A DNA stretch of 64,000 nucleotides, from assembly GCA_964057225.1 (NCBI GenBank), contig OZ059897.1:9052001-9116000 (forward strand), read 5' to 3'. Numbering within the stretch: the stretch's first letter is position 1; every line of letters begins with the position of its first letter. Position numbers and translations under genes: made by a program. The stretch is from Auanema rhodensis (Eukaryota > Animalia > Nematoda). The notes beneath the pieces are model-generated. The model ran no database searches. It saw only the letters and a list, made by a program, of their open reading frames with translations, and was not told the origin of the DNA. Below, in pieces: positions 1-11,478 of this stretch.

Positions 1-848
1 TAATATGCAGTCTTTTTCTAGTATTTACTTCAGTTTTATGAAGTATTTGAGAAGAATTTGACATAATTTGAGTGATTAACCATATTGCGTGTTAAGAATG
101 TGTGAGTTGTCATAAATGCGTTAAATAAGTTTTAAACATAAAATGAAACTGTGTGCTGATTCATCGTCCTATCGCTTCCTGATGCGACTAAAATTCGCGT
201 GCATTTTCCTCGAATTTCACAAGATGTCCTATCATCACGTTGACAAATCTTGTTTAATAATGAAGTTTTACAATGATTCATTGATATAGCTTGTTTGATT
301 AGTCCTTAATCAACTGTTTATTTGGAAGAAGGTCAAAAACAACATGTCATTCGTTGAGATATAGAATGATGTTAGAAACGGTCACAAAGCAGCTGAAATT
401 CCTTTGACGCGAAAAAGAAAATGATTCATCCGAACTTTGATAAATTGAACTTAGCCTCTCTTCGCACATCACTGCTACCAATCACAAGCTCTCTAATGAT
501 CAGTCTATATGGCTGTGTCATATTTCCCATAACATTTCACCCATTTCTATAACTGGACGGAAATAGTTTTCGAACGCTGTGGCCGATAATGATGACGTCA
601 TTACGGTTTTGCGTCTACAATCGACCGCTATGCTATCTTGACTTTGTAAAAATTGTCGTCAACGACCTTCGAAATGAAGCTGCTTGAGAAATTTGTTCTT
701 GAGAAAAGGGGTTATATATATAAATATATATATGAATAATATAATGCGTTTTTCCAATAAGTTTTATATTGCGAGATTGAGAAACTCTTCATATTTTTCT
801 GTATTTCTAAAAAAGAATTATACACACCATATAGTCCTATACCAGCTT

Positions 849-3800
849 TGAGTCATCCGCTTATTAAGAATTCTTTGAATGTATGAGTGCCGAGATATGC
901 AAACTAACATCGTGACTCACTTAAATCATTGTCCCTCCTGTCATGACTAATCGTGGCTATGGGAGGAATAATGGGATAGTGAATCTTAATATTAGTTATA
1001 TTGTGAAATGTAGTGTTCCTATTCATACTTCATTCTCAGAATTTCTTGTTGATGATCTTGGTTGCCTAGCAAAATGATTCTGAGTCACCTTTATTACTAT
1101 ATTGCAAGTTAAATTTAATGTGTAGCCAATTTGTAATATTCTAATCACTTTCGGTGAATTTCTTCATACGTAACTCTTCATCACTCATTTCAACATAAAA
1201 TGAATATTAAACACGAATCGTTAGCGAATGTCACCTTCTTACGGATTCATTATTCACCTATTTGCTAGATTTCGTTATTTTGAGTTCAGATTCCCTTTGT
1301 GTCGCCTAACGAGTCACCATTCGATGACTCATAATACAGATTGTGCTTATAACAGTCAAGGCGGCGCGTCCTACAATCATATTCGATGATTGTTCATTCA
1401 ATCCAAGCTGTTACTTCGACCACAGTAGATCATATGAAGATCATGCTGTTCGGGTCATTACATTTTGTTATGATGCTTCCTGTGTGACATTCTTTTTATA
1501 GAATTGATACTGATGTTTTACTATGTGTATTCTCGTGACCCGATAATCCACATGCTGCTCTATCGCAGTAATTCGAAATTGAACTTTGTGCTTAATCATT
1601 TGAATGCTCTTTGTTTGTATGTGCTTATCTTGTACGGCATGTGCTTTCTATAGTAACACGAATATAAAATTAATTATATAAAATGCCATCGTTGAATTTT
1701 ATAATGATTAGCATACAGTTTTGCGACATTTTCTTTTGATATATATTGATATATATGTATTTTCTAAGACAAGTGACTAATAGGATGACTCGAACAATCA
1801 CCTAACGGGTTTCTCTACCCCCTCCCCATGTTGTAGTTCTTCTAATTCAACCGCTGTCGTCATCAACATCGTCGCCAACTGATCATCTTCGTCAGATGAA
1901 TCGGTTTCGTAGTATTTAAACTTTTCGTTCTCCCAACTCTAATATTTTCATTTGGATTAGTCGATTGGATATGAAATTGTTCCTTTTCAATATTTATTGA
2001 ACCAACTATTGTTTTCAAAGCCAGTAACTGCGAAGTAGTATATTTGTTATTAACAATATACTATTTGCACTGCTTATCAAATGTATATTATTGTTCCATT
2101 TTCTAGCAAATTTACTTTTTTTTGGAGAATGATTAATATCCCCTATTTCATTATTCTAAGTTTGTTTGTTCACATTAAAGGCGTGTAAGCTTTAATTTTC
2201 GACTCACATGAATCAGCCTTGATAGTTCACACTTTCCATGGCTGTACTTCATTAGTGTAGTGATGAGTGTTCTCTTCCCTTTCTCTCTAGAAACAAGACG
2301 TTTGCATTCCATTCTCTATTTTTTTCTTTCTACAAGTCTTCGTATCATATTCAATTTCGTTATATTTAATAATATACTTTAGGTTGATCAACGTTGTTTA
2401 TTAGAGCAACTATCAGGATCATCTGGTAGAGAAATAAGTGATAAAATGGACGTAATATTATATGGAGAGGAGCAAGATAAAGTTTCTCGAATATGTCCCA
2501 AACGCAGGTAATTCGCCATTATTTATTTTCTGAAGTTATCATTTACAAATACTTACAATATATTGCTCATCATTAAAACAAAACTTTTCTTTTCGTATTT
2601 TAAAAAATAATTGAAAGCCAATACAAACACCCTTTAGTAAATTTATTTTCAGAATCGGTTCATGCAACTCGACAGAGTCTGGAAATAAACTTCTTCACGT
2701 CTTACGGGAACAACTTGTTGAAACGGGCCGATTCAATAAAATATTGATTCTTGAAGGTAATGTTTGATTTCTCGATTCTTCGAAATTTGAATATTTGACT
2801 TCTTAAATAGTGCCTTTTTCGTACCGATACTACGTTTAGTATAGATTATAACATAGAAACACTAGTTCGTAATCACAAAACGGTTGCATTCTCATGTATC
2901 GTCTTTGATAAGTTAACAGCTGAACTGGCTATGATACTAATAATTAACCGCATACACATTTTATTGTAGCATACTTAATACTTTCTCATTTAATGTTTGT
3001 TAACGATCCTTGTGATCTGTATAACCGTCATCACATCAACTGCTCCTTGCTTTTGCTCAGTGGGCTCAAGGTAAAAGAATTCATTTGAAATACCTTGTCG
3101 ATGACTAAGCATCTTTCTCTCTCTCTGTTCGTCGTCTTTCTTTATTTTCCGTTAAGAAAAGCTGTCTCTGATCCTCATTGCCTTTTCACTCTTTTCCTTC
3201 TGCTCCAATCGTAGTTGTCTTTCATCTCCATCTCTCTCAACTGTGCTACACAGTTGACTCAATCGAGAGAAAACATCTGGATCAGATGCTTACCGTTTTG
3301 ACGCAAATGATGACCTCGACGAGTTTTATTGCTATTCTGCAATTAGTTTTGCTCTCGTCACACAACACGAATTTCATTTTCTTCTCATACTAGTATGTTC
3401 TTCCTGTGCTCTCTACTTTTGGCTAATGACTGATTTCTCACAATTTTCTCATTTTTTTCGTGTTAGTCAAAGCCAGACCTGCTCATTGAATTCTTACTGA
3501 TCAGTCTCAAATATGCTGTCTTTGAAATAATATCTTACATACATATATCTATAGATATATGTACATATACTGAGACGCCTTTCCCTTATTTTGTTACTCA
3601 CTAATGAATGAAGAGCAAGTAGTGAGAAAACCTAAATGGGAGCATCTTTCTGTTAGAGAAACAGAGATAAGCTTAGAGGAGAAATTAGGAACAATAGATT
3701 CCCAAATGCATCTGCTCAAAGCTGTTGTACACTGATACTAATTACGTTGACAACGAAGAGAGGAAAGGAGAATGCTGAAAACTCCTACTTTTTGGCCCTC

Positions 3801-5833
3801 TCTTTTTCTTTCCACCTCTTTATTTTACTTAATTTTCATGTTCAACGTCGTCTGTCAGAATATTCTTCATTTGCCATTCCTCGTGTATTTATCTATAATC
3901 ATTTTATAAGCGTTGCATACAGTGATGAAGTCGGTGAATTTATCTAGATTTCATTGAAATTAGTTTCCTACCAAAAAAAAATTATAATTGCTTTTTGGTT
4001 CTTTGTTTCACAAGCTTAATCAGCGTTTTACAATCAGATAATTTTTTCTATGAATTACTCATTGTATAATTAATTCACTGGAGCATATTACTAATTATAT
4101 CAATGCACTTATCTTCTTATCTTCATATCTTCAAAATGATGTGGGCTATTTTTTATGGGTAGATCAAGTTTTGAATTTCAAAATTATATTTGACAATTAC
4201 TCATACAATTATGATTTCATCTGTACGAATAGTGAATAATATTCCTTCAATAGGTGATGATAATACATTGTTTATCACATATTTTCTAACAAAACGATCG
4301 TGAGAAAAATATAAATCTGTTTTTGTTTAAGTGAAGAGTAGAACTTCATTTTTTAAATGCTGAGCTGACAGAAATCGATAAAGCAGTGCATGAATCGTGT
4401 TCACATCCTTCATCTGCGTTATGAGTCATAGAGTGAGCGAAGAAGAGAAAACGAATGGAAACGGAGAGTCTAGAGGACTAGTGTCTGTGTTTGAGATCGA
4501 TCGTCGGCTGTCGTAGCTTGTTTTCCCAGCCACCAACCGAACGATGGCGACCACGACAGCCATCTACGTCTCTACCGCCTGATTTATGTATATGATGATC
4601 ATGCCTCTGTTTCCCTAATGGATTCAGCTTCACTCCTCTCGAAGCCTAATCTCTAGCGTTGTACGCTTCTCTTGTTATCCACTCTTTGTGTGATCTCTCT
4701 TCTCACTCTCACTCTATCTGCTTCTCTTCTCTTGTGCTTCGTCTTTCCGTGGCAACTATTGTGCTCACTTCTCCCTTCCACGTTCTCTTCAGGACTTTGT
4801 GCCTCTCGTGTTGCCACTCTAGCTCCCTGCCAATCTCCTAGTATGGCTCGATTCCTCTCCAGCTCGCCGTCTTTGCTTCATTCATATATTGGAACAGAAT
4901 TTGGACAACTGCCAGCCTCTTCTACAAGCATAACTACTACGCCATCGCCTTATACATTTTTTTGCTAGTTTTACTCGCTTCATAATGACAAAGCAGGAAC
5001 GTCGACGTAAAAACCGTAAGAAACGTGGAAAGCGGAAGAATGAATCAACTAAGGAGCTACCAGAGAAGAAACTTATCCAGGAATCAGCAATGATACCCGA
5101 AGCATTACCCGAAACTACATGCTCGTTGACTGCAACTAATTCTAATTTTGCAAATACGCCCGTTGGACCATTTTCAAAATCTACTAACCATTCTTTTCGG
5201 CTTATTCTACCAACCCTTGGTTCATCTGAGAATAGATCAAGTAAGTTATCAGATTTCATGCCTGTGGATATTTAGCATGATAGATTTCGGCGCTTTCTTT
5301 AAATCTTATTTCTCTAATTCTTCTAGTTTACGATGTTATCTTACGGACTTAAAGCTAACCTGAAAATATCATATTGTGCTTCCATTTCTTCCTTCAACCT
5401 TCAGCTTACTAAAGACTCCAAAGTTTATTCTAATAAATCTCGTTTTGCTGTAATCCTTCCGCTTCTTAGTCATACAGCTTAGTGCTAACTTTAATTTTCG
5501 TTGATCGCTGGTCCTCTCAATTTCATTTTGTGCTTTACTATCTGAAGTCACATGCTACTCCTTTTGATTACTACAGGAAAGCAACATATCTAATTACTTC
5601 AATTCAAGTGTGCTCCTTGTTTTGATCAAAACAACGAAGTTAATTTCATTTTTTGTTGCGAAAATATCTGAACGTTTCGGCCTTCAACTTTTTGATCAAT
5701 CTACGCATAATTTACCGTAAGAACATACCAAATTTACGATGAGATTAACTCTCTTTGATAATTATTTCTATCAATTATTGTCAAGCTTCACGAGATTGTG
5801 CTCTCGCTTTTGCTGTATGTATAATATGAGTCA
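849..5833. promoter_or_regulatory. Cluster of AP-1 (TGASTCA) sites in vhp-1 introns
   Basis: Perfect TGAGTCA/TGACTCA starting at 849, 913, 1081, 1325, 3255, 4422 and 5827, plus a full CRE TGACGTCA at 593-600. Confidence 0.55.
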
Positions 5834-8721
5834 TTTCTTTGTCTCTTACTCGTCCATCGAATCAATCGATTTGCCATCCCTTGTCGCCCTGTTCTGCTGC
5901 CCCACAACGAATTTATAGATTTATGTTTCAGACCAGATGAAATGAAATATTTTTCATATTTAATTTGATTCTGGTGTATTTCATGTTATTTCATTCCGTA
6001 AGCTGATTTTTCCCTCACACTGTTAGTGTTGATTCGGGTAGGGGGTGGGAGACGTTTGTCTCATCTATGTTCTCATTACAACATTAACCTTCATTAAGAA
6101 TCTTCAATTCGTTTGATACCTGACTATTTCTATAGAATTTCTCTATATAAATCTAATTACAAGATTCACACACAAACATAATATCTTTCAAATTGTATCC
6201 AAACAATAATTTTTTCTTTTCAGTCATATTTCACGTTTATATTATTATTATGATATTCTTTTTCTTTTTTGTGATTTCATCAAAACAAATCATAGATTAT
6301 TCTGAATATTAAAAGCTTATACATGAGTTGTCGTCAGAAACATCTTGTTTTGCTCACTTCATTATAATGAAGATTCCTTTTCACAAAAAAGAAGGCTAAG
6401 TTACTTACCTTCAGCAATCTACCCACGCATGAAATGGGACTTCGCAATAACCTTCAGATCTCATCTTGTTCTCTATTCGTTTTTTAATTTCACCTCCCAT
6501 CTCTCTACATAGTTTTCTGTTATAATACGCTATTGTACAAAGCTGATCCATATCCCCACAATCTTTTGAAGCAACTATTCATCATCAGTGTAGAACATAT
6601 AGCCGAGACAACAACAATAGTAGCTGTTGTGCTTTTCAATTCATATATACATATTTATCTCTTCAAATTCTTCTTTAGAACTCTGAGCTCTATTCAGAAT
6701 TATTACAAATATTATGAAACGTTTTTAAACTTTTACGATTTCAATATATTATGGTTTCCAGGTGGCTTCCGTAATTTCCAGTCAGCTTTCCCACAACATT
6801 GCGAAGGCAGTTGTGAAGGAATGAGTCGGTTGCCCGCCTCTGTATCTCAACCATGTTTAACACAAGTTCCGAATGAGGGACCCACACAGGTATTATATAA
6901 TTAAAAGTAAATTAATAGATTATCTTCTCTAGATATTACCCTTCTTGTTTCTGGGTAGCCAACAGGATGCTTTGGATGAAGAATCAATGAAGGTAGTGTG
7001 ATTCTCACTATAGTAATATTGGTTATATATCATATTCAGAGGCACAAGATCACACATGTACTGAATCTTTCAATAGCCTGTCCACGAGCTACATCTATTA
7101 TTGATGAAGAAAATTTTATGCGCATCCCCGTAAATGACAGTTATCAAGAAAAATTGTCACCCTTTTTTGATAAGGCTTATGACTTCTTAGGTGAAATCGC
7201 ACCTTAACACATAAAAACTAAACCCTCGTCATTATAGAGAGTGTTCGAAAAAATGATTCCAATGTTCTGATTCATTGCCTAGCTGGAATCTCACGCAGTC
7301 CTACTGTGGCTATATCTTATATTATGAAATATAAACAAATGGGTTCCGATGACGCTTATAGGTTTGTTTTTTATTTCTTTTGTAACTTTATTATTTTATT
7401 TTGTTATGCATTCTTGTTTATTTACTATTTCTCATATCCTAAAAGGATGCTTTCATTTTTTTCTCATCTTTCTCTAATCTTCTATACGCATATAAGACTA
7501 GGCGCCGTTGGAAGAATAGAAAAAGATAGTTGAAATGCTTTCAAAATCAATGAGTTACAAGATGAATCATAAGCTGCGATCTATGAAAAAGGGCTAGTCT
7601 CTTTCTATTGCAAATTTTTAACACCAGCTGTTTACATGTGTGCTTGACAATTTAAAAACAGTCATTCAAGCGCTGTCAAAATTTCCAAATTCAATTCCCT
7701 TAAGCAAAAATATTAAAATTGAATTCTAAAATTTCTTGGCTTTTAGGTTTGTCAAGGATAAGAGACCAACAATATCTCCAAATTTCAACTTTATGGGTCA
7801 ATTGCTCGAGTATGAACAGCTTCTCATTAAGAAGAATTGTTTGAAAGTCAAGCCTCCTACTCAACCTCGAGATGAAAATAAGGTAAATCTTATTTTTTGA
7901 GAAATATCAGTCTGACAAATGTTTTTCAGTTAATATTATCGTCTCCATGCATGATTAAAGTTCCGAAGTCAGCTTCAACTCATTGTGTTTTTACTCCAAA
8001 ACGAAATGAGACATCTGTCACATGCGGACGGTTAAATGAAAACGGAAAGAGAAACTTAGAAACATCAAGTGATTGCCCTGTTCCTGACCGACCTAGGGCA
8101 CTGGGATTGGGTACTTTCAAACCTAGACGATTTGCTGAAGAGCTCCCATCTCCTTCCTCGGAACTCTCAAAGCTTCGTTTCGACTGTTGTGAAAGTGTAC
8201 CCTCTACCGCATCTGAGTTTCCTACTTCACTTGCCAATCCATGTTTCTTATCTCCGACGTCTCCTCAGCCGGAAGAACCCACTAAAGATGAAGATATTAA
8301 AAATAGCAAGCATAGTTACTTTAACCGATTCACCACTTTCTTATTAAAGGTAAACTAAATAATCAGCATATGGTGACTTATTCTGATTAATTACAGAAGC
8401 CTCATCATCGAGCTTGTCACATACCAACAACTCGACCGGAATGTTTAAAAAGCTCTGGAATTCAGCTAAAAAACTCTTCTCGGACATCGCGTTCACTTGG
8501 AGGCCTGTCCACGACTGCAGAAGAAGCAGAATCCCCAGAGTCCGGTTTCCAAGTGAGTATTCAATCGTTTAGCTCCGAACGGAACTATTCCTAAGTTCAT
8601 AATAATGAGAAAGTATTTACTAAATTCCTTCTTTTAGGATGGTTTTAAGCAATTACCGCCAGATGAACAAGACCGTTTATCTATAAGTTCACAGAGTTCT
8701 GTGGAAATAACAGTTCAATAA
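2383..8721 (+). CDS. vhp-1: Dual-specificity MAPK phosphatase (MKP7/DUSP8/16 family), 5'-partial, spliced
   Basis: Phase-consistent GT-AG exons 2383-2507, 2653-2756, 6762-6889, 6933-6992, 7040-7190, 7238-7361, 7747-7882, 7930-8349, 8397-8552, 8638-8721. They encode the end of the rhodanese domain (ILEGGF..F), [18 protein letters not shown], the catalytic loop [30 protein letters not shown] and the C-terminus [13 protein letters not shown], closely matching C. elegans VHP-1 as recalled. N-terminal exons not found in the window. Confidence 0.93.
4985..5240 (+). CDS. vhp-1: Putative alternative first coding exon of vhp-1 (85 codons + 1 nt)
   Basis: ATG at 4985 follows an acceptor-like TTTTTTGCTAG (ends 4968). 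The ORF runs to a consensus donor A|GTAAGT at 5241, phase 1, which matches the phase-1 exon at 6762 and gives ...SENRS-S-GFRNFQ. Confidence 0.65.
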
Positions 8722-10554
8722 CAGATAACATTTATCAAGTTTATCATCTATCTCATGAAAGCGATTCGCTGTATATTACATAAGACAGATAATCCTAAAT
8801 ACTTGTATATATTAAGTGTAGTTTTTTAAAATTTATATTAATTTCTATTTCCAATAATCAATCTTCCAAATCACCCCTACAATACACTACAATCATTACA
8901 ACTAATTAGATTCATATACATGAATTAGATAATTGTCTTGTATTATTATTTTCCCTTTTCAATACATTTCACTGTAGGTTTTTCATCGACATGTTGCGGG
9001 TACAACACTTTTTTTTTAAAATTAATCGACTTATTAATCAGCTGTATTACCGTTTTGAAGTTTTTTGATTCGGAACACTTCAATAACTATTTTTTTTTCT
9101 TCAGAGAAAAAGTTTGTCATAGACAATAAATAAAATCATTTAACTATGTACTGTTGTTGTTTGATTTTGTTTTTACGAAATATGAAACTAACTAACTAGA
9201 TTGATATCATATATACAATAGTCTAATAATCCATCAATAAGAGATCAATCAGCACAATATTTATTTATGATAAAATATTTTTTTAATCAGTGACATCATG
9301 TGAGATACAGAGTTGACGTTAAATTCCAAAAATAAATTTATTATGCGTACATAAATACATATATTATATCGAGTATATAAAAACAATTTTAGCGAAGCTT
9401 ACTGATGATGTCAGTAATAGCTTCATATCACACTCAGTTGTTCTTCTAGATTATCTTTCTTATTTGAATATAATGCAAATGTTTCATGTAATATATATAA
9501 TATTTAAACAATACAATTGGAAATCTTCGTCTGGATCAACAGTCAATTCATTTTGAAAAGCCTATTTATAGAAGTGACGTACTCTACGTGATTTACATAT
9601 GACCTTTTCTTCTACAATCACAGTACTTTCTTCAAAATCATGAATGACTTTGGATTCTTTGCAGAAAGGTTCTTGTATTATATTTCTTTTCGTCAAATGT
9701 ATATTGTCAGACTTAACGCTTGAAAATATTCAATGTGAGTATGCACTTTAATATATAATTAGTAAAAGCTCCATAGATTTTTTGTCCTTTCTAGTTTATC
9801 TGGCTTAATGTGCGAATAATATCGTTTATAACTCATTTCTTATACAAAACTTCATTTTTTAATATTTTATTTTCATATTTCGTTGCCACATAAAAAAAAC
9901 TACATCTTAAATTATTTCTATTGAAATGAGAAATGAAAAATATGATTTGGTTCACATATTAAACTATTGTGTAATGCATCTTGCAAAATTAGTGGAATTA
10001 GTTTATAAATCATAGATTAGTTTTGATTGCAGCTAATAATACAAAAAAAAATCTGAATTATTCATTCAGGTTTCTAAACGTTGTTACACCTAATTAGCAT
10101 GGCAAGGAATGCAGCGTTAATTTGACGTCTTCCACTTACGATATACTTTTTATTTTATTTTGACGATCTGCTGAGAGCGGTTGTGATTTTTATTATCCCA
10201 TCGAACTCGTACATGAATAAAATTTTGTTTCAGAGAACGAGAAGAAGGAAATTACAGAGCAGTACTGACCGCATTTCATGTATGGACTATTTAAAACCCT
10301 AGATTGCGTAATTGAATCTTCATTGCAAAAGATTAAAGAATCAGAATCAATTGAATTTTATTGTGTGACGAATCTGGAGCTGAATACAGAAATTATTGAA
10401 AAATGTCAAGCAAAAAAACTATTTAACATAGTTTTTGTCTTATTTTTTAATATTTTCTTACTATAATACAAACATGTAATTCTTACTTTTGATAGGAAAT
10501 GTATATTAACATGTTTTAAAGTTTCATTTTAACAGTTTACAAACTTGATGAAAT

Positions 10555-10821
10555 TCATCGTCGTCCCAATCGTTGAAGGTTTACAAGCCGGCCTGGTACT
10601 TGATCCAAAAAATCTGGGCCAAACCTTTCCATGAGATGGGCCATCAGCTTTGGGTTACTGAAAAAATAAGATTCCAAATAGAATACCCGATGAATATAAG
10701 TGTGTGCATACCCGGCAATTGCTTGAATGAATGCTTCTCTGTCTTCACTTGCCATGCTAGCTCTCACGATATAGCAAACGGATAAAATACAGAAGAAGTA
10801 AATTACTAATCTTGCCAACAT
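10555..10821 (-). CDS. Small secreted neuropeptide-precursor-like protein (70 aa, two exons), predicted C-terminal amidated peptide
   Basis: Exons 10821-10712 and 10657-10555 with a 54-nt GTATGC..TTTTCAG intron give MLARLVIYFFCILSVCYIVRASMASEDREAFIQAIAGNPKLMAHLMERFGPDFLDQVPGRLVNLQRLGRR*. Hydrophobic signal peptide, terminal G-RR amidation/cleavage signal, TTTTTAG acceptor 2 nt upstream of the ATG. Confidence 0.75.
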   Translation of the reverse strand: MLARLVIYFFCILSVCYIVRASMASEDREAFIQAIAGYAHTYIHRVFYLESYFFSNPKLMAHLMERFGPDFLDQVPGRLVNLQRLGRR

Positions 10822-11478
10822 ACCTAAAAATAGTAATAGAGGCTCAGAAAATTATGAAGTTGAGATTAGAATAAAATCAAAGGGAAAAGTAAGAAAAAAC
10901 GGAAATGGCATGTATCTGAAGTAAGATGGTCTAAAATGCTCGAATGACAGAATGGTGGCATGCGTCTGAAGCATTTGATGATATCAAATGGCAACAACAA
11001 TCTCGAAAGCTAATTACGATCGGAGAATTAAGGAGCAATCCCTGAATGGCAACATGCTATCATCGATAAAGAATTATTTCGAGAAAGAGTCAAACGAATT
11101 TGCAGTGTTAAGAGCTTCTTACCAGAGCATGGGTGGGTCTTGTGCCAATTCGAAATGAATTCGTACTAAACTGAATCATTCCATTAGCTTAATATGGTAA
11201 TAATGAGCCGCCTTTTTCCAGTTTTTAAAGCCTTATATAGTAAGAAAAAAGTTCATTCCTCATATCTGGACCTATTCTTTACCCCCATGTTTAGCATAGT
11301 AAAATGCTAATAAAGAAATAAGCAGTATCCTTGAAATATTTACTTCACTCAAGCTCAACGATTTTATTTTCAACAACAATATTGTAAAAAATACCATAAT
11401 TGGTAAACTTAGCATATAAAAAGAAGACAAAACAACAAGAGAAAAACCATTTCACCAAATTTTTTTCAAACAATTAAT

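Noticed and set aside
7980-8347. Overlapping and antisense ORFs within vhp-1 (also 4882-5259 and 36372-36710 elsewhere)
   Set aside because: Shadow frames of real coding exons with no independent support.
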